Shown one piece after another: positions 9,586-17,656 of a DNA stretch of 37,615 nt. A model generated the notes under the pieces. That model was not told where the DNA came from and ran no database searches. It saw nothing but the letters and a program-made list of their open reading frames with translations. How positions within the stretch are numbered: position 1 is the first letter of the stretch; each line of letters begins with the position of its first letter. Made by a program: the position numbers and the translations under genes. Origin of the DNA: Acidobacteriaceae bacterium (GTDB lineage: Bacteria; Acidobacteriota; Terriglobia; Terriglobales; Acidobacteriaceae); contig JBAUHD010000168.1 of assembly GCA_049680085.1 (NCBI GenBank), positions 1 to 37,615 on the forward strand, written 5' to 3'.

Positions 9586-11418
9586 ATGACCGCCGCAACC
9601 CGTCTTCAACGAGCAATCCGCGTTCTCGCTTTTATCCCGGCTCTTGTCGTTGCCGGCGTTTGCACGGCCCAGCCGCACGGCAAACCGCACCGGCAGCCGT
9701 ACCCTCCTAACGCGAATCATCCGGGGCCGGCCTGGTTTGAGGACGTGGCTCGGCAGGCCGGCCTGAACATGAGGAACGTAAACGGCGAGCCGGCCATCAA
9801 GAAATACATCCTTGAAACCACCGGGAGCGGCGTCGCCATTTTGGATTACAACCATGACGGCTGGCCGGACATTCTGCTGCTGAACGGCCAGACCCTCGAT
9901 GGCGAGCCGGTTGCAGGCTCGGAGCCGACCTCGCACCTTTACCGGAACAATCACAACGGCACATTCACGGACGTAACCAAATCCGCCGGACTGACCGCTA
10001 CGGGATGGGCACAGGGCGCGTGCGTGGGCGACTACGACAACGATGGCTACGACGATATTTACATCACCTATTACGGAACGAACCGGCTCTATCACAACGA
10101 ACGCAACGGGAGCTTCAAGGAAGTTGCCGAGGCGGCGGGCGTGTCGGGTACCGGGAAAATGTGGGGGACGGGCTGCGCGTTTGTGGACTACGACCGCGAC
10201 GGCAAGCTCGATCTGATGGTCGCGAATTACGTGCAACTCGACATGGCGACGCTTCCGGAACCGGGCCAGGGCGTTACGTGCATCTGGAAGGGCACGCCGG
10301 TCATGAGCGGGCCGCGCGGCCTGCCGTTCACAACCAACATCCTGTACCACAATCTTGGGAATGGAAAATTTGAAAATGTGAGCCAGGCGAGCGGCATCAC
10401 GAAGACCTACGGCCATTACTGCTTCAGTGTCTCCACGCTCGACTACAACGATGACGGCTGGCCTGATATTTACCTCGCCTGTGACAGCACACCCAGCATC
10501 CTCTACCGAAACAACAAGAATGGAACCTTTACCGACGTGGCGGCGGACGCCGGCGTTGCGTACGACGAGGATGGCCGTGAGCAAGCCGGGATGGGTTCTA
10601 CCGTCGGCGACTACAACGGCGACGGCCGTCCGGATATTTTCAAGACCAACTTCTCCGACGACCGTTCGTCTCTCTATCGCAACAATGGCGACGGTACGTT
10701 TGCGCCCTCCATCTACGACGCTGGCCTCGGGCTGAACACGCAATATCTGGGCTGGGGCACAATGTTCTTCGATGTAAACAACGACGGATGGCCCAGCCTG
10801 CTGCTTGTCAACGGACACGTCTATCCCCAGGTGGACTACGCGCATCTCGGCTCGTCCTATCAGGAGCCGCGCCTGCTCTACTTCAATCTGGGCAACGGAA
10901 AGTTCAGGGACATCAGCAAACAGTCAGGGCCGGGCATTACTACGCTCGCGTCCAGCCGGGGCATGGCCATTGCCGACTTCTGGAACGACGGGCGCATCTC
11001 GGCCGTGGTGAATAACATTGATGAACGACCCATGCTGCTGGTGAACATGGCGGCGAATGCGAATCACTGGCTGGGCGTTATCACGCGCGGCACGCGCTCC
11101 AACCGCGACGGAATCGGCGCGCGCGTCACGGTCTACGCCGCCGGCCGCCGGTGGGTCGAGGGAGTTCGGAGCGGATCGAGCTACATTTCGAGCAGCGACC
11201 TGCGACTGCATTTCGGCTTGGGTGCGGCGAAGGCGGTGGACAAGATAGAAGTCCGCTGGCCAAGCGGCATGGATGAATCCTTCACCACACCCGCAGTGGA
11301 CCGCTTCATTACGCTTATCGAGGGGAAAGGCAAACCGGTCAACGCGGAGCAGCGCCTAAAAAAACCAACTCCAAGGAGTTCGCCGGCGGCAGAACCACGC
11401 GCCCTCCCTTATCCATAA
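9586..11418 (+). CDS. CRTAC1/ASPIC-UnbV family protein with FG-GAP/VCBS repeats
   Basis: Repeated DYxxDGxxD motifs with LYRNNxNGTF; C-terminal SNRDGIGARV..RSGSSYISS..LHFGLG..IEVRWPSG. Confidence 0.92.
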   Translation: MTAATRLQRAIRVLAFIPALVVAGVCTAQPHGKPHRQPYPPNANHPGPAWFEDVARQAGLNMRNVNGEPAIKKYILETTGSGVAILDYNHDGWPDILLLNGQTLDGEPVAGSEPTSHLYRNNHNGTFTDVTKSAGLTATGWAQGACVGDYDNDGYDDIYITYYGTNRLYHNERNGSFKEVAEAAGVSGTGKMWGTGCAFVDYDRDGKLDLMVANYVQLDMATLPEPGQGVTCIWKGTPVMSGPRGLPFTTNILYHNLGNGKFENVSQASGITKTYGHYCFSVSTLDYNDDGWPDIYLACDSTPSILYRNNKNGTFTDVAADAGVAYDEDGREQAGMGSTVGDYNGDGRPDIFKTNFSDDRSSLYRNNGDGTFAPSIYDAGLGLNTQYLGWGTMFFDVNNDGWPSLLLVNGHVYPQVDYAHLGSSYQEPRLLYFNLGNGKFRDISKQSGPGITTLASSRGMAIADFWNDGRISAVVNNIDERPMLLVNMAANANHWLGVITRGTRSNRDGIGARVTVYAAGRRWVEGVRSGSSYISSSDLRLHFGLGAAKAVDKIEVRWPSGMDESFTTPAVDRFITLIEGKGKPVNAEQRLKKPTPRSSPAAEPRALPYP

Positions 11419-11537
11419 GCTCGCTTCCGGAAGTGGTGCGGGAGCCGGAATATCTTCAGCTTCTTTCCAAGTTCTGACGGCTGAACCTCGGTGTGCTGCG
11501 CCAGCGGGTCTGTTCGGACACAAGCCCGAGAGTGTGG

Positions 11538-11649
11538 CGCGACGAGGCGCTCCTCGACATTCATCTGCTGCAACGGACGCACATTGGAATCTTTCCGCAG
11601 CGAGTCGCTGTCCTGGCGGCGCTCTTTCCAGCTTTCCGGCGCGCTGTTC
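11538..11649 (-). pseudogene. dnaE2: Probable short frameshifted fragment of error-prone DNA polymerase III alpha (DnaE2)
   Basis: Minus strand reads QRAGKLE, then after a frameshift RQDSDSLRKDSNVRPLQQMNVEERLVA, resembling from memory the DnaE2 segment PLxxMxxEERLVADY. Confidence 0.4.
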
Positions 11650-11675
11650 ACCCCCCGTCCCAAACAGTAGGGCGA

Positions 11676-12956
11676 TTACTCCGGTCCACTCGGAGAAGCG
11701 CCGGAAGGAGTACCAGAAGGAAGGGTCGCTCCATTTTTCCGAGGGGATGCTACAGCATTCATTACGCTCTGAAAATTGTGCGTGAGGCCGTCTCTCTTAG
11801 CCTTAACGCGTAGGAATTCATCCATGGCATGTTTGGAGGCCTGTAGATTGCCAACGCGTCTTTCGGCGAGGCTGAGGTGATAATAGGCGGATTCATCAGA
11901 GGGATCGGCCTGAACCGCGCGACTCAGGTAAACGACTGCCTGTTGAATTGACTGAGACTCCATGAGTGCGATGCCGAAGTCTCTATTGGCTTCAGGATCG
12001 TTGGGCTGCAGGCGGAGGGCGCTCTGAAAATAGTGCATGGCGGCGGGCATGTGTGCATGCTTCATCTCAATCGTGCCGAGTCGGCAATCAGCGCGTTCGT
12101 CCTGGGGATCGTCGGAGAGCGCCTTTTGGTATTCACTTTCGGCTTCCATCTGCCCCGCAGAGGAGTGGGAGATGTTAAGCGCTTCGCCTAAGGCAAAATG
12201 AACGCCGGAAAGGTGCGGATTAAGGGCGATTGCATGCCGATAAGCGATGATGGCGGCGGGGATGTTGCCTACCTGCGCGAGTTCATCTCCCTGTAACTCA
12301 TACATGCGAGCAGAGCCAGGTGCGATCTGCGCCATTGATTGAAATGCCTGATAGGCAAGAAGCGAGTAAACTTGGTGGGCGGCGTAGAGCACGTCAATAT
12401 TTGTAGGATCGAGTTGCTGCAGTTTCGCGACCACGTGAACTGCACGCTCCAGATCGCCGGTGCCCATCAGGAGGCTGTAGAGTCGGGTTCCTGCTGCCAT
12501 GCGCAAGGACGGCTCTCGCACCTGATCGAGAGCCATTGTCAAGTGCCGGATCGCATCCGCATCCTGGTTGGATTGGGCTTCGGCTAGGCCACAGAGAGCT
12601 ACGATGTTCCAGAGGTTCGGACTGTGTTGAAGCACCACACGGAACTCTCCGGATGCTTCGGAATAACGGCCCTGAAAATAATAGGTTAGGCCAAGATTGG
12701 ACCGTGCAGCGATATTATCCGGAGCTGAAGCTAGAATCACTCTGTAGATTGCTGCTGCATCCGCCGGCTTGTGGTTGTGAAGATCAGCGTCAGCCTGCTG
12801 AGCCAGACGAGGGATATTCTTGGTCGTAGTTGTGGTGACTTGGGCATACAAGTAGCAGGCTCCGCCATGGACGGCAATCAGCAAGAGGAAGAAGCAATGG
12901 ATGTTGATTCCTGACAGGAATCGACGATTGACTTTCAGAACGGAGCCATTCCGCAT
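11676..12956 (-). CDS. Secreted tetratricopeptide-repeat protein
   Basis: TPR helices (SNLGLTYY, HFALGEAL, CRLGTIEM, YYHLSLAE); hydrophobic signal FFLLLIAVHGGACYLYA. Start uncertain (12956 or 12986); the track start at 13040 overlaps the operator. Confidence 0.8.
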   Translation of the reverse strand: MRNGSVLKVNRRFLSGINIHCFFLLLIAVHGGACYLYAQVTTTTTKNIPRLAQQADADLHNHKPADAAAIYRVILASAPDNIAARSNLGLTYYFQGRYSEASGEFRVVLQHSPNLWNIVALCGLAEAQSNQDADAIRHLTMALDQVREPSLRMAAGTRLYSLLMGTGDLERAVHVVAKLQQLDPTNIDVLYAAHQVYSLLAYQAFQSMAQIAPGSARMYELQGDELAQVGNIPAAIIAYRHAIALNPHLSGVHFALGEALNISHSSAGQMEAESEYQKALSDDPQDERADCRLGTIEMKHAHMPAAMHYFQSALRLQPNDPEANRDFGIALMESQSIQQAVVYLSRAVQADPSDESAYYHLSLAERRVGNLQASKHAMDEFLRVKAKRDGLTHNFQSVMNAVASPRKNGATLPSGTPSGASPSGPE

Positions 12957-13039
12957 GATTCGACTTGGCCAAATTGGTGACTTCATGAAAGCCCAAATAG
13001 GTTTGCTGAGACTGTATGTGGGGGCGAGAACATGCGTCA

Positions 13040-13081
13040 ATGATTCAGATGCACCATTATTCGGTGGTGCATTCGCACCAT
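13040..13081. promoter_or_regulatory. Tandem 18-bp palindromic operator, site pair A
   Basis: ATGATTCA-GA-TGCACCAT (13040-13057) and GTGGTGCA-TT-CGCACCAT (13064-13081), 24 bp apart; same motif as at 17468-17509. Confidence 0.7.
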
Positions 13082-13105
13082 TGGTGGAGAGCGCAGGAAA
13101 GCGGC

Positions 13106-13114
13106 TGCTATACT
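13106..13114 (+). promoter_or_regulatory. Extended -10 promoter of the signalling operon
   Basis: TGCTATACT, near-consensus TGnTATAAT, 36 nt before ATG 13151. Confidence 0.55.
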
Positions 13115-13150
13115 TCTTCGGGCCGTGAGCCTGGAGAGAGCCGGACGGGG

Positions 13151-13789
13151 ATGAAGGTGATGGAGAAAGAATGTATTCGGGTGTTGGTTGTTGATGACCA
13201 TCCGGTCGTGCGGCGAGGTCTGCACAGTATGCTCGATGGCGAATCGGGAATCAGTGTTGTGGGAATGGCAAGTTCTGGACGCGAAGGACTTGAAGCCGCA
13301 GAGAAGCTGAATCCCGACGTCGTGTTACTCGATTTGCGTATGCCGGATATGGGTGGTGTAGAAGTCATCCATAGACTGCGCGGTGGTCATCGCGAATCCA
13401 GGGTGCTCGTGTTGACGAATTATCAGCTGGATGAGGATATCTTCAATGCAATCGAAGCTGGGGCTCTGGGATATCTACTTAAGAGCGCGTCACAAGAAGA
13501 TGTGGTCGAAGCGATCAAAGCCGTACATCGGGGCAAGCGGCGGATTCCGGCAGCACTGGCCATGCGGCTTGCTGAACGCATGGGACGCTCTGCACTTAGC
13601 AGCCGGGAACAGGAGGTACTCGAACTGGTGGTGGACGGACTTACCAACAAAGAAATAGCGCGGGTCTTGGGTATTAGCGACATCACCGCTAGAAACCACG
13701 TGATCAGTCTCCTATCCAAGCTAAATGCAAAAGATAGGACGGAAGCTGCAACCATTGCTCTGCGCCGAGGACTGGTCAGGAGGGAATAG
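13151..13789 (+). CDS. NarL/FixJ-family response regulator (REC plus LuxR HTH)
   Basis: VLVVDDHPVV, phospho-Asp in LLDLRMP, YLLKS, HTH LSSREQEVLELVVDGLTNKEIARVLGIS. Start 13151 or 13160. Confidence 0.93.
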   Translation: MKVMEKECIRVLVVDDHPVVRRGLHSMLDGESGISVVGMASSGREGLEAAEKLNPDVVLLDLRMPDMGGVEVIHRLRGGHRESRVLVLTNYQLDEDIFNAIEAGALGYLLKSASQEDVVEAIKAVHRGKRRIPAALAMRLAERMGRSALSSREQEVLELVVDGLTNKEIARVLGISDITARNHVISLLSKLNAKDRTEAATIALRRGLVRRE

Positions 13790-13794
13790 CACCT

Positions 13795-14814
13795 GTGAAC
13801 TATGAGAGCGAGTGGGTGACCGGCGACGGAAGACCAACGGCAAGAATGCCGATGAAACCCCGGTTAGGGTGGGTCTTGCGAGCAGTATTGGTTGCTATGT
13901 TGGGTGTTGGTTGCGGCTGTCTCTCCGCGTTGATTCCGGCATTGCGGAAGAAGCCCGCTGCTCCGATGATTGCGTTTATTCCCCGAACGACGGGCACAAA
14001 TTTTATGGAGGACATGCGCCGTGGAGCAGACGCAGCGGCGCAAGCTGCGGGCTATCAAGTCTACTGGAATGGTCCAGCGCGAGAGGGTGATCTGGACCGA
14101 CAGATCCAGATTGCTGAAAATGCTGTGCAGCACGGCGCGCGAGCACTCATTCTAGGTCCGACGAATATCTGGGGTGTCACCACCACGGTGAACGAATTTT
14201 CGGAACGACATTTGCCGGTAGTTTTCGTGCAGACTGGACCTGCCCAGCCGACGGGACAGAACCTGACATCGGTGACACCAAATCAGGTGGAATTTGGGAA
14301 GATCGCGGCGGCAAGGGCCGCCGTGGTGATGCACGGGAGCGGAGAAGTGGCGATTGTCGGGATAAGCCGAGGGACACCCGAGACCCTTTTGAGGGCGAAT
14401 GCATTCCTTCGGGCGATCGCTACTTATCCGCGCATCCGCGTAGTAGCGGAAACACCTGGAGCCGTCCAGATTATGGAAGCCGAGCAGAGCACGCGCGAAG
14501 TAGTCAGTAGCTATCCGCATCTTAAGGCGATCTTTGCCGTGAGCGCCAATGCAACGCAAGGAGCCATGCTGGCGCTTGAGGACAGCGATGCACACCGGAA
14601 GGTAGCACTGATCGGGTCGGACCGCGATCTTTTTCTAACGGTTAATCTTCGGGAAGGAAAACTCGATTCATTGGTCACCTCTGATCCGTATCAAATTGGC
14701 TATCTTGCGGCACAGGCGGCGCTGGCGGGTATCCATGGGCAATCACTTCCTCCTCCGAGACGGGTAAGCGTGGAACTTCTCACGAGGGAAAATTTGACGC
14801 GGGGCAGCGAGTGA
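13795..14814 (+). CDS. Sugar-binding periplasmic protein, RbsB/type I PBP-like
   Basis: N-terminal hydrophobic anchor; IAFIPRTTGTNFMEDMRRGA, YWNGP, RANAF, DSLVTSDPYQIGY. Start could be 13846 or 13852. Confidence 0.85.
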   Translation: MNYESEWVTGDGRPTARMPMKPRLGWVLRAVLVAMLGVGCGCLSALIPALRKKPAAPMIAFIPRTTGTNFMEDMRRGADAAAQAAGYQVYWNGPAREGDLDRQIQIAENAVQHGARALILGPTNIWGVTTTVNEFSERHLPVVFVQTGPAQPTGQNLTSVTPNQVEFGKIAAARAAVVMHGSGEVAIVGISRGTPETLLRANAFLRAIATYPRIRVVAETPGAVQIMEAEQSTREVVSSYPHLKAIFAVSANATQGAMLALEDSDAHRKVALIGSDRDLFLTVNLREGKLDSLVTSDPYQIGYLAAQAALAGIHGQSLPPPRRVSVELLTRENLTRGSE

Positions 14815-14883
14815 GTTTTCGATGCCCTTGTACCCCATGCATCAATCAACCAGAAAGAGTGGTCGGCTTGTGAAGGCCTATCT

Positions 14884-15546
14884 ATGCGATCGCTAATTCG
14901 GGATTTAATCGTGTTCGCCTTGGCAGTGCCGGTGGGGTTATTTGCCACGTGTGGCATTTTCCGAGTTCTTCATTCACCTACACATGGACTGCCCTGTCAT
15001 GACGACTTCGCAAGCGGAGACACCTCAGGATGGATTGCATACGACGGAAACTGGACGGTTCAGTCGGGAGCGATGGTGAATGTGTCGAATGAACGTGGAG
15101 CAAAGCTGGTAACGGGTTCGCCCTACTGGAGCGACTACGCTATGGATTCCGATATAGCGTTGAGCAATACAGGGGAGGCGGGCATTATTGTCAGGGTCTC
15201 AGACGCGGAGCCTGGAGTGGATTCCTACCGCGGCATTTATGTAGGCCTGCGAGTTCGGGACGAATCGCTCGTAATGGGGGTGGCAGACCACTCGTGGGAC
15301 GAATTGGCGACTGAGCCACTGCCGCATTCAATCGTTCCCAGCATGTGGTACCACATTCATCTGGAGGTTCGCGGGTGCGACCTAAAAGCGCTGGCCTGGC
15401 GGGATGGAGGGAAGGATGTAGTCCGGCTGGATCACAAGTTGGCGCCGTGTCCGAAACGGGGAAAGATCGGGTTGCGCTCTTACGATTCTGGAGGGCAGTG
15501 GAAGAATATCCGCGTAACTGCGCTGAAAGAGCAACCGGGCTCATAA
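14884..15546 (+). CDS. DUF1080-like (concanavalin A/lectin-fold) extracytoplasmic protein
   Basis: N-terminal anchor; DDFASGDTSGWIAYDGNWTV, WSDYAMDSDI, EAGIIVRV, WYHIHLEVRG, GKIGLRSY..WKNIRV. Confidence 0.72.
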   Translation: MRSLIRDLIVFALAVPVGLFATCGIFRVLHSPTHGLPCHDDFASGDTSGWIAYDGNWTVQSGAMVNVSNERGAKLVTGSPYWSDYAMDSDIALSNTGEAGIIVRVSDAEPGVDSYRGIYVGLRVRDESLVMGVADHSWDELATEPLPHSIVPSMWYHIHLEVRGCDLKALAWRDGGKDVVRLDHKLAPCPKRGKIGLRSYDSGGQWKNIRVTALKEQPGS

Positions 15547-15564
15547 CTGGGCGGGACTAAAGCT

Positions 15565-17046
15565 ATGGGCATACTGGCCACGCTATTTGCTGTTTTGATC
15601 GGGCTACAGGCATCACCAGCCGCAAGAGCCTCGCATAGCGCTCCATACGAATCAATCGCGCAGGTTGCGATGCTTCCGCAGGAGCGCGGTGAGACTGTGA
15701 CCGTTCGGGGAACGTTGACGCTCAATGGGGATCCCTCATACATTCAGGACCCCACGGGCGGAGCGGCAATTCAGGATCTGTCTGCGCAAGGTTTAAGAAT
15801 TGGGGATGAATTGTTGGTGACGGGAAATGCACATGAAACGGAAATGGGGCTAGTTCTGAGCAAAAGTCATGCCGTCTTGCTTTGGCACGGTTCTCCGATG
15901 CCCCCTTTGTCCGTAACGTCGGAAGAGGCTTCTTTAGGAAAATTCGCTGGCTTGCTGATTGAAGTTAATGGCGAACTGATCAAAACAGAGGAGTGGAACG
16001 GGAACACTTGGTTAATTCTGAGGAACGGGCGTCATGAATTCGTGGCCCACATGAATAGTGAGCAGGGAAATTCGTTATTCCCAGCCTTGCAAACGGGATC
16101 TGTCCTGCGCATTCAGGGGATCTGTTCGCTTAGGCCAACAGACACCAAATATGTGGGAGGATTTGCGGTGCTGCTGCGATCGGCTCAGGATGCATCAGTA
16201 ATTGCTGGTCCCCCGTGGTGGAGCCCGACCCACCTGTTCGAATTGGGAATCCTATTGGCATCTCTGATTCTCACCGGGCAAATCGCGGTGGTGCAGATGC
16301 TTAAGGCGCGCTTTCGATCGATTATGGCGGAGCGTGCCAAGCTGGGCCATGAACTGCACGACACACTTGCGCAGAGTTTCGCGGGTTTATCCTTCCAGAT
16401 TCAGGCGGCGAAGAAAATTGTACCGCGCGATAACAACCGTCTCCTCCGGCATCTGGATCTAGCACTGGAAATGGTACGTCACAGCCATTCCGAGGCACAC
16501 CAGAGCATTATGATGCTACGTCCACAACCCCTGGCCGAGGGTATGGATCTGCACTCGGCGATTCAAATGGCGCTGGAGCAGAGCACGTCGGAGTGTGCCC
16601 TGAACACGCGCTTTCTTACTCGGGGGACGACCGCACGGCTTCCGCTGACCACGATGGACATGTTGTATCGCGTAGCGCAGGAAGCCATCGCGAATGCTCT
16701 CCGCCACGGTCACCCGTCAATGCTGGAGGTAACTGTGGAATATATGCCCGTTGGCGTGCGTTTGACTGTCCGCGACAACGGCATCGGCTTCGAATCGAGA
16801 ACACTGCGAACTCAGGGATTCGGGTTGGCTGGTATGCGAGAGAGGGTTCGTGCTGTGCGGGGCAACTTCAGCGTGGAGAGTGAGCCGGGCAAAGGCACCA
16901 CGGTCTGTGCCGAGGTCTATTTGTGGACCAACACAACGGAGCGATTGATTGCTGCATTGGGAAAACCCGTCGCATCTGGCTGGGGCCGAGTACGACGGGT
17001 ATTCCGCGGACGGAAGCCGAGCTTAGCTGGTGAACGGCGACGATAG
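15565..17046 (+). CDS. Sensor histidine kinase (HisKA_3 plus HATPase_c) with extracytoplasmic OB-like domains
   Basis: Signal peptide; VTVRGTLT..YIQDPTGG; PPWWS followed by a TM helix; H-box GHELHDTLAQ; N-box AQEAIANALRHG; G-boxes DNGIGF, GFGLAGMRER, PGKGT. Confidence 0.92.
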   Translation: MGILATLFAVLIGLQASPAARASHSAPYESIAQVAMLPQERGETVTVRGTLTLNGDPSYIQDPTGGAAIQDLSAQGLRIGDELLVTGNAHETEMGLVLSKSHAVLLWHGSPMPPLSVTSEEASLGKFAGLLIEVNGELIKTEEWNGNTWLILRNGRHEFVAHMNSEQGNSLFPALQTGSVLRIQGICSLRPTDTKYVGGFAVLLRSAQDASVIAGPPWWSPTHLFELGILLASLILTGQIAVVQMLKARFRSIMAERAKLGHELHDTLAQSFAGLSFQIQAAKKIVPRDNNRLLRHLDLALEMVRHSHSEAHQSIMMLRPQPLAEGMDLHSAIQMALEQSTSECALNTRFLTRGTTARLPLTTMDMLYRVAQEAIANALRHGHPSMLEVTVEYMPVGVRLTVRDNGIGFESRTLRTQGFGLAGMRERVRAVRGNFSVESEPGKGTTVCAEVYLWTNTTERLIAALGKPVASGWGRVRRVFRGRKPSLAGERRR

Positions 17047-17176
17047 CTGCGTTGCAGCGGAATTCCGGAGAGAGTCAGTTGGTCACACGCAAGAAGAGCG
17101 GGGGAAAGGCGCGCGCGATTGGATCACCTGCATCATCTTGATGCAGATTTGCGATCAGCAGTTCTCGAGTGCGACC

Positions 17177-17350
17177 GCCGTCCAAGTGAGTGATCATCAT
17201 GGCGGCGATCAGCCCGTAGCGGTTCTCCGCAAGTGTCTGGTTCAGATAACTCAATTGCGATTCCTCGCCATAGCTCTTCTCAGTCACCTCTAACCGTAAA
17301 AGTTCGCGCTACGACCATCGGAGCCATCCCTGGGCCGGAAACTCTCTTCT
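17177..17350 (-). pseudogene. Degraded IS5-family-like transposase remnant
   Basis: Minus strand reads SFRPRDGSDGRSANFYG*, then in another frame KSYGEESQLSYLNQTLAENRYGLIAAMMITHLDG, matching the recalled transposase signature KSFRPKDGS..NF.G..KSYGKESKLSY.G..L.ENRNGLI; internal stop and deletion. Confidence 0.65.
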
Positions 17351-17467
17351 ACGAAACCTAAAGCACCGCCGCCGGTGCATTCCAACCCGAGCTCTTTCGA
17401 GGTACTCATCGGCTAGGGATTAGCGACGAATACTTTGTCCGAGGCTCAGTTCAGAAATAACGACAAA

Positions 17468-17509
17468 ATGGTTCAGATGAACCATAACAAAATGGTGCAA
17501 TGCCATCAT
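17468..17509. promoter_or_regulatory. Tandem 18-bp palindromic operator, site pair B
   Basis: Perfect ATGGTTCA-GA-TGAACCAT (17468-17485) and ATGGTGCA-AT-GCCATCAT (17492-17509), 24 bp apart; extra TTGGTGCA half-sites at 17519 and 17598. Confidence 0.7.
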
Positions 17510-17656
17510 GATTATTCTTTGGTGCAATGTATACAGTTACATCGGTCAAGAAACAAATAAATCGCCTGTCGCAGCCGAAACCGAGTTAACCATCAGCTTG
17601 GTGCAAACCGGTGGAGCAGCGACGACGGCAATGATCGCGAATTTCACGGAGGCAAT

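Noticed and set aside
9541..10845. 434-aa antisense ORF, and similar long shadow ORFs such as 8597-9544, 27943-28833, 32673-33611 and 35008-36153
   Set aside because: They overlap well-supported genes on the opposite strand, lack motifs, and are expected from codon bias in GC-rich DNA.
13082..13098. TGGTGGAGAGCGCAGGA as a possible att copy of the tRNA-Ser 3' end
   Set aside because: Only 13 of 17 positions match, and it lies inside the AT-rich block next to the operator; likely chance.
17075..17287. 70-aa ORF as a functional small protein
   Set aside because: Better explained as part of the transposase remnant.
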